Shown here: piece after piece, positions 42,001-55,826 of the stretch | How the letters are laid out: each line of letters starts with the position of its first letter | Numbering within the stretch: position 1 is the first letter of the stretch | Source of the DNA: Vicugna vicugna | Taxonomy: Eukaryota | Assembly: GCA_013265495.1 (NCBI GenBank) | Contig: MU058418.1 | Coordinates: 2,813,491-2,877,490, forward strand | Direction: 5' to 3' | DNA length: 64,000 nt | Made by a program: the position numbers and the translations under genes | Notes under the pieces: model-generated | Told to the model about the DNA's origin: nothing | Seen by the model: the letters and a program-made list of their open reading frames with translations, nothing else | The model's database searches: none

Positions 42001-43097
42001 AATAGGCATTTGTGTCATTCATAAAACTAAATTCCCCCTCTAAGCTGTTCAAAGTATAAGGCAGTTATTTTCAAACTTTAAATCACAGAATCCCTTCTTT
42101 AAAATATATTTTTTATAATATATTATATATATATATATGTATATATGTATATAGTTCCCAAACCAAATTAAAATGTAAACAAGCAGAGCTAACATGGGGC
42201 TTGGCCTGGAACCCACCTCTCCCTCCTCTGCTTCCACCCGTATCAATTCTCACCTGTCCTAACCCACTTGGGCCCTCCGGCACCTCCTCAGAACCCTGAA
42301 GACTACACTGAGCACAGTGTGAAAATCACCAACAAAAAACGCAGAAGAGAGCAGCGGCAGGTAATTCCCACAACAAATATTTACTGGGCAGCAAGTGGCA
42401 CCAGACACTGGTCTGGAGGTTATAGGACTTACACAGGAAATATGAGCCCTGCCATGAAGAGACAGGAAGAGATGATAATGTTTACCAATAACATCTTAGC
42501 CAGATGCTGACCACACCTCATCTTATTTGGTCACTGTATTAGCCCTGTGACGTAAGTATTACGATCCTCATTTCACAGTTTAGTACACAAGGCTCTGAGA
42601 AACTGCTCACCCAAACATGCACACACAACTGGTCAGGAGAAGCTGTGACCCAGGTCTGCCTGACCCAAACGTGTTTTGTGCCCCCCGCACCCAGGGCTTA
42701 TCCAGAGGGGGAGGTTGTCTGTCCATGCAGGCTCAAGTGGGCTGCCATGGGAACCAGAAATGTGAGAACAAATGTTACTCTGTGTGGGTAAACTGTCAAT
42801 AGATCAAAGAGGAGATATTCACAAGTAGCTCCCAGGCCCAGAAACTTCTGTGGGATATAGTCTACGTCTAAATAAATTTTAGATGCCAGATGGAATATAG
42901 TGAGTGTCCAAATAAATAAATTTATCAGATGGGTCTGGGGGTGGGTCAGCCATGAAAGAACAGGAAAGGAGAGCCAAGGCAGATAAAACAAGACAGATAT
43001 GAGCATAGTCAGGGGACCAGAACTTGGCTGAGGAATTAAGTCTTTCTAACCCAGACACTGGCTCCCAGGTCATCGAACCGTGAGGTGCATACATCAG

Positions 43098-43955
43098 TGT
43101 GATATTGTAATAAAATAAGAAATACGTATTTGATATATGTGGCAGTTCCTGCTACAGGGCTCCTAAAACCCTGGAAATTTTTGGAGGGATGGGGCAATCG
43201 GAGCATCTTTTATTATCATACTTAGTCTTAGTCTCTGGTTCCTGACATAAGAGCTCCTAAGACACTTGGAATCTCAAGAGTGATGAGTGTCTTTTCGTAC
43301 GTATGAGATGATGGGTGGCTGGGCGGCCCCTGGATAGTTTCAGGGTAGAGGTTGATCACCAGAAGGCCCAAGGCTTGATTTCAGTCCCACTTCCCAACCT
43401 CTGGGGAGGGGAAAGAGCCTGGAAATTGAATTCATCACCAATTGCCAATGATTTAATCAATCGTGCCTATCTAATGGAACCTCCATAAAATCTCTGAACA
43501 GGGTTTGGAAAGCTGAGTTGGGGAACACACCAAGATGCTGGGAGAGTGATGTGCCCAGAGGGCCTGGAAGCTCCACAGCCACCCCGCCACCAAAGCAGTA
43601 TACTTAGCTCAGTGCATCTTTTCTGTTTGGCTGTGCCTGAGTTGTATCCTTTATAATCAACTGGTAATATAAGTAACAGTTCTGTGAACCATCCTAGCAC
43701 ATTATCAAGCCTGAGTAGGGGGTCTGGGAACCCCTGATTAGTAACCAATCAGTCAGAAGTGTAAAAGGCCCAGACATACAGCTGGCTCTGAAGTGGGGAC
43801 AGTTTGTGGGACTGAGTCCTCCAACTGTGGGGACTTCACTAATGCTAGGTAGTTACTGTCAGAATTGAATTAAATTGTAGAACACCCAGTTTGTGTCAGC
43901 AGAGAGCTAGAGAATTGCTTGGTGTCAAAACCCTACACATTTGGTGTCAGAAGTG
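43098..43955 (+). mobile_element. MER21-like LTR
   Basis: Starts tgtgatattgtaataaaataagaaat, has repeated gctcctaa motifs, and ends with the MER21-typical cacatttggtgtcagaagtg. Confidence 0.8.
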
Positions 43956-45109
43956 TTTTGAAAAGAAATGAATCATGATTTTCGCCTCTTAAGCTTGAAG
44001 TCAGAGAATCTTCTGTCAGCTCTCCAGCTTCTGTGTCCAGGCTCACAAGGCCCTCTCTCATGGGTTGCCTGCGAGAGGAGGATGTGCCACCTGGAGGGCG
44101 CTTTCTTTCCTCCTTGGGGATGCTTGTCACTGCAGTTCTTCCAGAAGGCCTTTGTAGCACCATGATGTGCGGTGTTTGAGTCGTAATACAACACTTTGTA
44201 TCAGTCTGCACTAGTTCATTGTGGCTTCTAGTGTGATGCAATTATGTCAGTCATTTACATATTGAAATACATATTACTTTATCATAAGTTACTTTCTTAT
44301 TCTCTTTTATACTACAACTAGGCATTGTACTGATATATTTTGGAATTATATGTGTCAGTCAGTTACCTTCTCTGTGAATTTCATGATAGATAAATGGCAT
44401 TACAAAAATATTTCATATAAAAATGGGGTGTTTGGTCTGACAGAGATGAGAACCATCAACTTACACAAGTTCATTTCACTTCCATTTTCTCTCTACTACT
44501 TTCATTCAATGGGGGCCAAGATAAAACACTAACAAGAAAAAAATATGGAGTGAGTACAATTAAATGCCAAAGAAATGGTTCAGACTAAGCATCTAGGAAG
44601 AATTCCCTAAAAAGGTTGCTTAGTGGAGGCTGCAGGAATTAGGGAGATTTCACAGAAATGAGACTCAAACAGGACTTTCATGGCAGAGGAGGGCTTAGGG
44701 AAGGGAACTTGCCCAGGGCTTTGCAGTTAGGGAGGACTGTGTGCAAATTTGTTGAATGCAAAGAGAATAGTCTTAGCCCACACATTGTGCAGCACAGGCC
44801 AGGCAACTACGGAGAGACACGAGGCTGTTGTGCATGTTCTGCTTCCTAAGAGGCTCCGAGGGATTTCATTGGATAGTTAATGGATTTCATTGTAGACCCT
44901 GGTAATAATGGTAGGAGATACTTAATTTGAAATAAGCCACTACTTTTTAACAACTAACATTTCCAAACACATACTTTGAATGTTCTGTGCTTATGTCAAT
45001 GGCATTAAGGGTCTGACTAGTTAGACCCCATATCTGAATGATTTTGACTAAAAATATTAAAAAAGAAAAAGAAAGAAAGAAAGAGAAAGAGAGAGAGAGA
45101 GAAAAAAGA

Positions 45110-45560
45110 AATTGATTTCAAAAATAAGGACATTTACAGCGCCCCAGAAGAAAATTCCAGAGAGAGGACAGTTCCAGGGCGGGTGAAATCAATGATTCGA
45201 TGCACTCAAGGATCCCAGCTCATTCCATCTTTCGTCTCAGTGATCCTGGGTGTTTCATCGTGGCCTCTGAGGCTGGCTTCCTTGTGGTCCCAAGATGGCA
45301 GCCACAGTTGCCAACTCATATACTGAAGTTTAGACATAGAAAATGGAATGTTAGTGTTTTGGTTATTTTTTTAAGCTTGAAACAAATTCTAGGAAACCCC
45401 CAAAAGATTTTCCCTCAAATTTTATTGGCCAAAATTGTATTACATGCTCATGCTTGAATCAATGGCTTAGTCCAGGGAATGAGATCAAATGTGATGGATT
45501 TTGTCTAATCAGTATCCATAGCAGGAGATAGCCACTCTGGATGGAGTGAACCAGTTGGGC
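45110..45560 (-). mobile_element. Old MaLR LTR fragment
   Basis: Motifs caaggatcccagctc, ggtcccaagatggcagcc and attggccaaaattgtattacatg. Confidence 0.5.
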
Positions 45561-48099
45561 TTCTGACAGCAAGGAGAAAGCGGGGGAAAGCTGTGCAGAG
45601 GGCAACAGTAGTGTTTGCCATAACCAGGGGTTTCCAAATTGTTTTTTACAGAGCATTCTCTTGAGATGCAGGAAGAAGTAGTTCTTTGGTCAAATAAGTA
45701 TGGAAAAGGGTGCACTATATCACTTCCTGGAAATTCAGTGTCATTAGCATAATAAAGGCTCTGAGAAAGCCTATACTTTGTGTTTAACCAAGACATTTTC
45801 AGATGTATTTGATCATGTAAACTTTCATTAGTGAAAATCTACAAACAATCCAACAGAAGTGATGCTGCATGATACATCTGTTTGTGAGACACACGGTTGA
45901 ATATTGGATATTCATTTGGTTTTTGTAACAATATTTTAAGTTAGATTTATGTGTTATTAACTTTTATGTGCAGGTACATTTATAAAAAGAATTTGTTTTA
46001 ATTTGGAATATTTTGCTACTCTTTTAAAGAGCATAAGAATGTTGGAGAATTTATTTGTTCCCTTCTCTGAATTAGAAAGGGTGTGGTGGCCATGGTAGGC
46101 CAGAGACTGACTTGTTTGCCGAAACTAGATCTAGTAAAAAGATCTAGACTTCAGATCCATTGTTTTCATTCCTTAGTCTTTGGAGCAAACGAAAGTTAAT
46201 TCTGTTGGCCAGAGTGCGTTCCAGATAAGATGTCCAGCCTTTCTATTATTGTGTTTTCCCAAAGAACACAGGGACAGGAACAATCCGAAGAGACTATCCA
46301 AGTCACATGGCACTTAAATCACCCCCAAAAGCAGCATAATGGTGAATAGCTTCCAATTATAAGGGTTTGTGACCTCACTTAGGTCATTAACCAATTTAAA
46401 AGTTTCAACTTAGAAAGCTCTTTCATGTGCCCAGCCTGAGTCTTCCATAGCTTACTTAACAATGTAACTGAACATTCCTCAAGCCCTGGGCGAGTCAAAG
46501 GCGAATGACACCAGAAACGTGTGTCCTTGCTTTAACAAGTGCTCTGTCCACTTGGTGTTAAGATACAAGTCCAAATGTTAAAATGATAACAGGATAGCTC
46601 AATGATGTAGGGCAATTTCACAAGAAAGTCACCAGACAGTATTGAGACTACATGAGATACACCCTGAATTTCTGCTTAACATCTTATTTTCCGTTATCCA
46701 GCCCTCACTAGAAACAGAACATGTGACAAACAGTTGTACAGGAACTGTTGGCACAGCTTAGCTGGCAGGAGCCCCCACTTAACGTGTGGCTCTCTTTTGG
46801 ATCATCTTCATATGAAAGTTCCTATGAAGCGCAAATATGTCGTTGTATACACACATGTATTATAATCAACGCTAAGCTCCTTGTTCATGCCAAAAGAGTT
46901 CTTATAGACCTAGTGAGAGTGGAGAAGCAAATATAAATCTATCCCTTGTTTATACCGAGAAGTGTGTGGAACTTTTAAAACCATTGAAACATCAATAGAG
47001 GGTTTTTTGTTACTTTTTTTTAAGATTTTTAGATACATGAGTAAAATGGAAATGCTCATGGTTCAAAAAGCTTAGTAAGTTTCTACAGCTTAGTGGGGAA
47101 AATATCTTTGGATTTTCCGGACCCACCTCTTCTGCTCCTTCCCCTATGTTCCTTTGGCCTTGTTGCCCATGCCTTGCTCAATTTGGATGATTCTTCCAGT
47201 AGTTTCATCTAAATGCTGGATTTTCTGGAAGGGAACTTTGTTTTGTTGGTTTGGAGCTCGGGCCCAGACTGCTCCAGCTCCATCAGGCCTCTCCGCTGTG
47301 GTGCTCACCCTCAGGCTGGAGTCCTGGAATTGCCCGACTGCTCACCCACGTAGGGCTGCTCTTCTCCGAGGGACTCCTTGTGCTGTCTACTGATAGAGGA
47401 TCGCTTTCTCTTTTTTTTCCCCTCCCGTCCCCTTAGTGGGACCTTTCAAACTTAGCCTGTAAGGGCTAAAAGGGCAAAACTCAGGCATTATTTTTGTTCC
47501 TGGCAATCTTTCCCATATGAATCGTACAAAAGTATTGGTAGTTGAGGAGTTTTGCAGATCTCTGGACCATGCCTTTATGAGATCTGATCACTCAGGAGTT
47601 GGTAATTTTTGAGAACTGTAGTGGAGAAAAGGAGGGACTATGTACTCTTTGGGTCCAGACTAGATAGGTGGCTTCCGCCTCATGTTGCAGTTGCTTGCCC
47701 AGAAATGATAGCTGCTCTCGTTGGTGTAACACACTGTAAATGGAAAGGAAACACAATATAATGAACTTCTTGCTGAAGTAGGAAAAAAAAGGTGATGGGT
47801 GATGCCACCAAAACACAGTGAAGGAGTCCTTCGTTTTTTGATAGAGTTTCGTTAAAGAAACTGAACCCTGATGCTTGTTACATAGCCCTCTGCTTGTAAG
47901 AGTGCTTCCTGGAATGAAGGGTGGTGTCCTTGGCCTTCAAATGGCTAACCTAGTAGTCTGCACAGATGTAGATGTCATCTTTTGTCAAAAGAGAGACCAT
48001 AAAATGAAGACGATAAAGGGTGTTAAATGTATTATTTACAAAAGAAACACATATTCAAGCATGCAGAAATTGCAGAGGGAAGAGAAAACCAATGGAATC

Positions 48100-48320
48100 C
48101 ACGTTTATTGATGTCTACTATGGGCCAGGCACTCTGCTGGGCACACCACATAGTGTCTCATTTAGTCTTAAACTCTGTAAGGTAGATGGTATTTTATAGA
48201 TAATAAGATCAGAGAGGTTCAGTAACTTATCCAAGGTCACACAGCTCAGAGGTAGAAGGGCTGGGTTTCAAGCCTATGTTTGTCTCCAAAGTCCATGTTC
48301 TTTCTGTCATACCATGTTGA
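48100..48320 (-). mobile_element. MIR SINE
   Basis: tttattgatgtctactatgggccaggcact...cagagaggttcagtaacttatccaaggtcacacagct. Confidence 0.8.
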
Positions 48321-49145
48321 CATGGCTGATGTGGAGGTAAATACTACATTTCAATAATTATTAGGGACCATAAGTTGGATTAGCCCTGTGAGATTTAACC
48401 AGCTTAACATCAATGTTTTTTTCTGCCATGTGGTGAGAATACAATGGAAAACACCATGAAACAGAGTAATGGGGACTCTTGGTCAATCAAGGTTTTTTTC
48501 TCTTAGACATTAAAAATGTATCCTCTCTCAAAAAAAAAAATGTTGAGATTGGGGCTCAGGCCCCCACAAACACTTTCAAAACTATCATTTGGGGTGACCA
48601 CAGATCTCTGCTCCTGTCTGTCATCCTAACTGATCTTCAACATACTGACACAATGATTCAAAGAAGTACAGGGTTCCAAGAAAAACACAGTTTAGGAAAG
48701 GATGGTCATTAACAAAGGCTATTTCATGCTTAGTAAACAAAATAAGATTTTTGTAGTTACATAAGATACCCTATTTGCTTCTCCCTACGCCCAAAGAATG
48801 AGATTAATTCAACACTCAAGCACCATATGGTTGAGGTCAACCTCAACCACAATCACCTGCAAAATGGAAGTTCAGTAGAGCCAGAAGCCATGCAGAAAAG
48901 AAGAAGCCAGGCAGGGCAGGAGAAGGGACAGAACCTGACTCTCACTGGAATGAGGACTGAAATACTTTTTAAAGAGATAAGGCACTATTCTTTGTCTGTT
49001 ATATTGGTATATAATTTAAAAATTGCTCACAGTGAGTTTTGGTAAGGCCAAGGGATATGGGCACTCTCACACACTATTGAAAGAAGTAAATTGAGATAGC
49101 CTTTTTGGAAGGTAATTTGAGAATATGTGTGTGAAGAATATAAGT

Positions 49146-49332
49146 CAGTGGTTCTCAAACTTCAGCATGCATCAGAATCACCTGGAGGCTCACTAAAACA
49201 CAAATAGCTGAGCACCACCCCCAGAGTTTCTGATACAGTGGTATGGGGTGGAGTCTGAGAAATATGCTTCTCTAACAAGTTCCCAGATGCTGCTGATCCT
49301 GCTAGCGAAGGACTATACTTTGAGAACCACTG
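49146..49332. mobile_element. MER5A (hAT-Charlie) non-autonomous DNA transposon
   Basis: Terminal inverted repeats cagtggttctcaaa...tttgagaaccactg; 8 bp TSD atataagt/atacaagt. Confidence 0.92.
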
Positions 49333-49464
49333 ATACAAGTGGTTAGGAGCTTAGCTCTGATGCTTATCAGCTTTGTGACTTATACAAGTTACTTAACCTC
49401 TCTGTCTCACTTGTTTTTCATTAATTAAAAATGGGGGCAATAATAATGCCTCTCTCACAGTTAT

Positions 49465-49912
49465 AAAAAAAATGAAATTTTGCCATTTGCAACAACATGG
49501 GTGGACTTCGAGGGTATTATGCTTAGTGACGTAAGTCAGAGAAAGACAAATACTGTATATCACTTACATGTGGAATCTTAGAAATACAACACACTAGTGA
49601 ATATAGCAAAAAAGAAGGCGATTCACAGATATAGAGAACAAAATAGTGGTTACCAGTGGAGGGGGGAAGGGGAGGAGGGATAAGATAGGAGTAGGAGATT
49701 AAGGGGTACAAACTATTAGGTATAAAATAAATAAACTACAAGGATATATTGTACAACACAGGGAATATAGCTAGTATGTTATAATAACTAGAAATGGAAT
49801 ATAAAAATTTGAAAATTGTGAATCACTATTGTACACCTAAAATTTATACAATATTCTGTATCAACTATACCTCAATAATAAATATATATTTATAAAATTT
49901 TAAAAAAGAAAA
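49465..49912 (+). mobile_element. L1 3'-end fragment (nested in a MIR)
   Basis: aatgaaattttgccatttgcaacaacatgg...caactatacctcaataa followed by an A-rich tail. Confidence 0.88.
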
Positions 49913-50809
49913 AAGTAATGCCTATTTCTAGCATTTTCATTATTCACAAAACAAAAACACATTGGCTCATCTTGGTCCATATACAAACACAGGAATTCTA
50001 TGCCAATGTACAAAAATGATGCTAATGACTCACCATAGTAAGTGTCTACTCTGTGCTGGGCATCAGGCTAGCTGTTGGGAGTGCAGCAGGAATAAAACGC
50101 AGGCCCTGTCCATAAAGAACTTACAGTTAGCTAGGGAGATAGACCTGTACCTTCAAGTTCTTTTCCCAGGGGTGATAAGGGGTTTGTGCAGTTGTCTGCT
50201 TTCTTTTACCGTGGTGGCTGGTAAGAAAGGCAGCTGGTGGTCAAAGAATAGTTTTGCAAGAGAAGCTCTATCCTACATGTAGCACAGTATTGAATATACA
50301 GTGTGTCAAGCAGTGAAGCATTTGGACATGTGCAATATCCATTTTCAATAGAAATGAAGTTTTGTGTTTATGTCACTTAAACATTCTTCAGTTCACTCCA
50401 TGATTCCTGTGACCATTGGAATAACCACAGAAGACTCATCAAGTAAATTATAAGGGCAGACAGGTACAACAGAATGTCCTTATAAAAGGAGAAACTCCTA
50501 GTGCCACTGTGCCCACAAATCGCTGCCTGTTTTTTTTTTAAAACGTCATTCTAATTTTCACTTAAAAAAAAGTGATCTCCTCTAGAGATGTTTTAAAAAC
50601 CTGTAACTTTGCTTCTGAGGTATTTGCAAGCCTCGCCTCTGTAGTTTTGTGACATCATAAGCGTCCTGAATAAAATAACATACTGCAGCTCACAGGGAGA
50701 CGCCATGTCTCCGCAGGCCAAGTGTACCCTGAGAAGCTTCGAGGAGCACACATAAAATTTTAACACCAAAACTTGTAACAGGAGTTTTTCCTATACTTAA
50801 AAAATCCAC

Positions 50810-53800
50810 ACTGAAACAAAGTCAATTAAATTTTATTACAACCAAGAATATAAAATAAATGCAATGTAATTTATTTCATTTTAACAGTCATTTCAGGAAG
50901 GATGTCAGGACAACTCAAAAAGCAGGAAACACTTGGCTCCAAAGTGGTAGCGTGTCCTGCACCCCCCAGAGCAGGCCTTGCTGTGGGTCAGCCGGTTCTG
51001 AGTGCACACCTCAGCGCGCCGTGTGGGAAGCATACACAGTCATCTCTGTGATCATATAAAGAGGGATGCGTGCAGAAAATGACTGAAAAAAGAGACAAGG
51101 ACAAGTACACTTCAAAAACAGGAATTATGGGAAATACAAACTAGGCAGTTTAGAAAGGATATACTACATAACATATATAAAAAGTACTTTAAATTGTTGT
51201 TAAAAAGGACATCTTCAGTCCAGATTTTGTGTAATACTTTTAGTGTCTACACAGACAGATCTTTAAAAAAATTAAATAGTATTAATTTACTAAATATTTA
51301 GGAGATAACAGTGCATTAAGGATTTTTTTTTCCATATAATACATACATATCACTCCTTTGCAGTGATAGCATAGAAGAGTAAGTATGGCCTTAGGTACAA
51401 CACATTTTTTTAAAAATCCTAAAACAATGAACTTTGTTTTATGATATTTGTGACTATTCTTGAAGATTAAGGAAACCTAACAGCTATGTTTCATATAAAA
51501 TATTATTTATACTTGAATCCTTCAAGCCTCCTTTAGTCTAACTGCCATTTCACTGCCTGTCTTCATTCCCTAGAAAGATACCACCACAGAGTTGAGGATT
51601 TTTAATTTTCATAGAATATTCCTTCATTGTATAGTTTGTTACATACACATATTCAAAGCAGATTAAGCTGCAAGTCTTATTGTCCAACTACTTTTTCTTC
51701 TCCTTTACCTTTAGCAGGGAAACAGCGTCATTTTAGAGGCATACAACTAGCAGTTGCTTCATCAGGAATGAGGCAGTGACCATGTTGGTACATGTCCCTT
51801 CCCATTCTTAAATGTAAATCGTGTTTACAAGAGCAAAAGAGTAGTGCAGAAGGCCAAAATTCTAAGTACTAAAGTTTTAAAACCACACAGATATAAAAAT
51901 ATACATGTCCTTGGTTTCTGTATGTTACTGCATGAACTATTTCATCATAAGGATTGTTTCAGCCTCATAGTGTCAGCCCTGCTACCAAGCTACCTTACTT
52001 ACTCCTTAGTACAGCTGTCCTGAAACTCTAGAATCCCTTTTCCCAAACACACACCTTACCAGAAAGCTAACTCGAAAACTGATTAGTGGCATAGAGCAGA
52101 AAAGCTTCACTTTGATTCCTTCCTCCCTTCCGTAACCTCCCCTGGTTTAGATAGTTCCATAAACTGGGGGATGTCCCCCCTGCCCGCCGCATTCTCAGAG
52201 GACTTGACAGTAGTAAATTTTTAAAGAGGAATGTGGTCATTTGGGGACCACAAGGGTCAATTTTAGCCTCAGAAAGCTTCACAGCTCTCCAAGGTCCCAC
52301 GGTTTTAGGGCCCATAAGTATTTTAAAGGCTTTGTTCTCCTTTACAAAGGAAAGGAAATTATGAACCAGAATTACTTCAAAGGGTAATGGGCACCAGTGG
52401 GCATCACAACTCTGAGGCAAGAACACAGAAGGAAAGCGCCAGTACCAGTCAGTGACCAGAAACTGTCATGTGTGTAATGGGGATATCTGGCTGTCCTATG
52501 TACAGAACACCAGGAGCAACCGATAAAATCCCCTTACAGTTTCTGTATCAGTTCTGCTAGTAAAATTCACTACAAACACGGTAAGCAGGGTAGTCCTGTG
52601 ATCATATGAGCACATATCACAAGAATTTACATTGAAGTTGTTTATGCGGGATTAAGGGGCATGGTATTTGGTTCTTGCACATATTTGGGTTTGTCTTTTA
52701 CTAAATGTAAGCTCTCCTTGAGGGCAGGAACAGAGCTTCTGTTTTCACTGTAATTTCCTACAACCACTTCGTAGAGTGTGTTCTGCCTACAAGGACCACC
52801 CAATTGTTGTTGAAAGGCTGCTGTGAACATTTCAAATATATATTAATGCCTGTGGTGATATTTAATCGCTGGCTTTCTTGAAGGTAGATAAGCATAGAAA
52901 CTTCTCCATAACACTCGTTTATTATAGAGCAAAATCTGGAGAATAACTAAGTGGGTTAAAAGTAAACAAAAGGACCTTCATATTCTAAGATGGTGTCATT
53001 TATAAGCCAGTCATCCCAGGAAAGCTTCCTGTCATAGACTCCATCATAAGCTCTTCAGGACAGGAAGAAGGCCTTGCCCTTTGTGTCTCCCCTCCAGCAT
53101 GATATTGGGCACCTGGTGAGGGTGTAGTGAGCATCTGACCATGGTGAGGCTTCAGGGCACAGGGTGGAACTGTGTACAGGTAGCTACATTATGCAGAGGG
53201 CTACTAATTTCTCATTTTTAAAAATGGAAGCGGTAAATTACCATGGAGACAAATTCTTTCCAATGGAGCATGTCAACTGTTTCTTTCTTTTTCAGTGTTG
53301 ACTGATGAGTGTTATATACAGTCTTTGTTATTGATAAGCAGTATTATGCTGAGATCAGTAAGGTCCTTGCTGGCTACAGTATCACATCAATAGTGCAAAG
53401 TGTAAACTGGCTTCTGTCTAAAATCTTACTTTACTTGTATGTGGACCCAGAGTATCATAACCAGGTAGATAAGTTCACAAAGAAGAGTTAAAAAATGCAT
53501 ATCACTTGCATATACAACAATCAGCTATTTCTTCTAGCTCAAGAGAACATTTAAAACAAGGCTGGTGCTGCTAGTAGCATTCAGAAGAACACAAATTTCT
53601 TGCCCCTTACATTACAGTGGGAGCTCTAAGTCTACATTTCCTTGTGACTTGGGGAGCTTCCTTACGCTGGCTAAGAGAGAACTCACTGGCTAAGAAAGAA
53701 CTCAGCCTCTAATTCATAGATCATGGAAACGCAAATGTGCATTTCTTTATCTAATATAATCATATACTATCTGCCCATAGTTTTTTAGGCACAATTATTA

Positions 53801-55028
53801 AGTTTTCTCCTAGGGGCAAAAGAAAGCATTCAGTGCAATGAAAAGATTCTTGATAGAATTAAGTTTCAGTAACAACAGTGAAATTATGCATACATAATAC
53901 ATACTTTAAACATGAACAAAACCTAAATTTTTAACATGCTTTAAAAATAGTCACTCTATGCCTAATGCAAATATGAATGGAGAACACTGCTCTTTATTTT
54001 AAAAGCAGATTAATTTGCAGGCTTCTATTTGAGTACCCTTGATTATGTAAGAAAGGTATTCAAGCTGACCCAGATGTGACAAAACCAACAGTTCTTTAGA
54101 GAAGCCAACTTTATGTACAATACACACTAAAAGCTTTTCCTTCAAGGGGAAGCAAAACATCCTTTGATCAACATTACTCCTTAAAGAAATCCTAGTGCAG
54201 TTAATATTCTCTTCAGTTTTCTGGTGTGGGTCACCAGAGGACTGTATTTCATCAAAGCTCTTGAAACCCTTTTTAAAGTAGACTTAAGCTACATGAAGGT
54301 TAAAATTATAATTTTTAATTACTGAATACTATTCAGAATAAGATGATTCTGGGAACTAAGTTCCATGATGATTATATAAAAATTATTTCAGTTCTTCATA
54401 GCATAAAGCATAGTAACTGCAAAGATCTAGGCTGTTTTTGGTTGCAGGTTCCCTCTGTCCCACCACTTGTCTTTTTATTAGACCTTCCCTGAAACTAGAT
54501 AAATAAAAACATAATAGTAAAGTACTTTGGGACAGTAACAGTTCCCGTTTAAGACTTCCATGAGCAAAACAACGTAGTGCCTTAAAAGGTGCGTATTTAC
54601 CTATGTTGCTAGATCAGTTCATGAAGTATAAAACTATACACCACTGGAGTCCTGTTTCTAAAACATTAAAATCCTATTAAAAGAGCTTTGAAAAGATAAA
54701 CCATAGTGATTGCTACAGCATGAGAAAGGTGCACCAGGAAATCCTTCCAAAAAATGCTGAAGGTTACAGAAGTTAAGTGCTGGGATTAGATCAGACGCTT
54801 TATCAGAGAAGTCACAATGGAATACATGCAGGGAAAGGGTGTTGGGGAAACTTCACAAAAATCTTCTTCAAGTCAATAAAGAAGAGACATCAGTCAGTCC
54901 TGCAAAATGCTTAGTATATAGTTTTCCTCCTAAGTGGATGAGTTTCAAACGGCATCATAGTTTGCATTTTTGGTTCTTTTCAATGCAGACGTCATATTGC
55001 TGGAGTCTGTGCTCTGGGCTGCAGCTGG
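50810..55028 (-). other. CDK19: CDK19 3' UTR (~4.2 kb; 3' end approximate)
   Basis: Repeat-poor, AU-rich sequence downstream of the stop codon, ending at an AATAAA with U-rich flanks; many miRNA seed matches. Confidence 0.75.
50832..50837 (-). terminator. Probable CDK19 polyadenylation signal AATAAA
   Basis: Minus strand reads TGTAATAAAATTTAATTGACTTTGTTTCAG, with U-rich sequence upstream and GU/U-rich sequence downstream. Confidence 0.7.
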
Positions 55029-55160
<132 letters not shown>

Positions 55161-55763
55161 CTAGAAGGAAACAGGAAAAGGGAATTACCGATGGAGGAAG
55201 GGGATGGCCCGAGATGTTAATCACAACAGGACGGAGAAATGAGCCATTTTCATCAGAGGCTCCCGGTTCTGATCCATGGGAGCTGACAGCTAATTTAGTT
55301 TGTTAATACATTTTGCTGATTTGAAGTCACAGCCTGCCACCACTGTAACCACATGTTCTGGCATGCATGAAATTTGGCTGGATTTCTTTGGGAGATAAGC
55401 TACACTGGCAATGAAAGGTAGAGGGGAAACTTCTGCTGATTAATTCTGCTTTGTTATTCTTTGAATAACTGAGATTTGCAAACAAGAATAATCAATTTGG
55501 CATAGTGAATCGGTGATGTTCATAATGTATATTGATGTGCTGTAAATTTTCTCATCATAAATAACAAAGTTGTGATTAAGAAATCATGTTTGAAAGAAAA
55601 GAGTTTTCAGAGGTAGAGGCTAGAGTGGCATCAGCAATACCACCTACGTGAGAAAGCAAGGTGATGGTGGGTGGGATGTGGCAGCAATAAGTGGTTTTTA
55701 TAAATGTCAAGTAATATTTACAATTTTTAAAAATTCATATGTGAAAATGCCCTCAAGAGAAGG

Positions 55764-55826
55764 TGTATTTCAATTGTATTTGTATTTCAATTGTATTTGT
55801 ATTTCAATTGTATTTGTATTTCAATT
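55764..55826. repeat. 17 bp minisatellite, 3.7 copies of tgtatttcaattgtatt
   Basis: Perfect copies start at 55764, 55781 and 55798, with a partial copy at 55815. Confidence 0.95.

Noticed and set aside
44086..44101. Second CTCF-like motif ccacctggagggcgc
   Set aside because: It needs a gap or several mismatches in the core.
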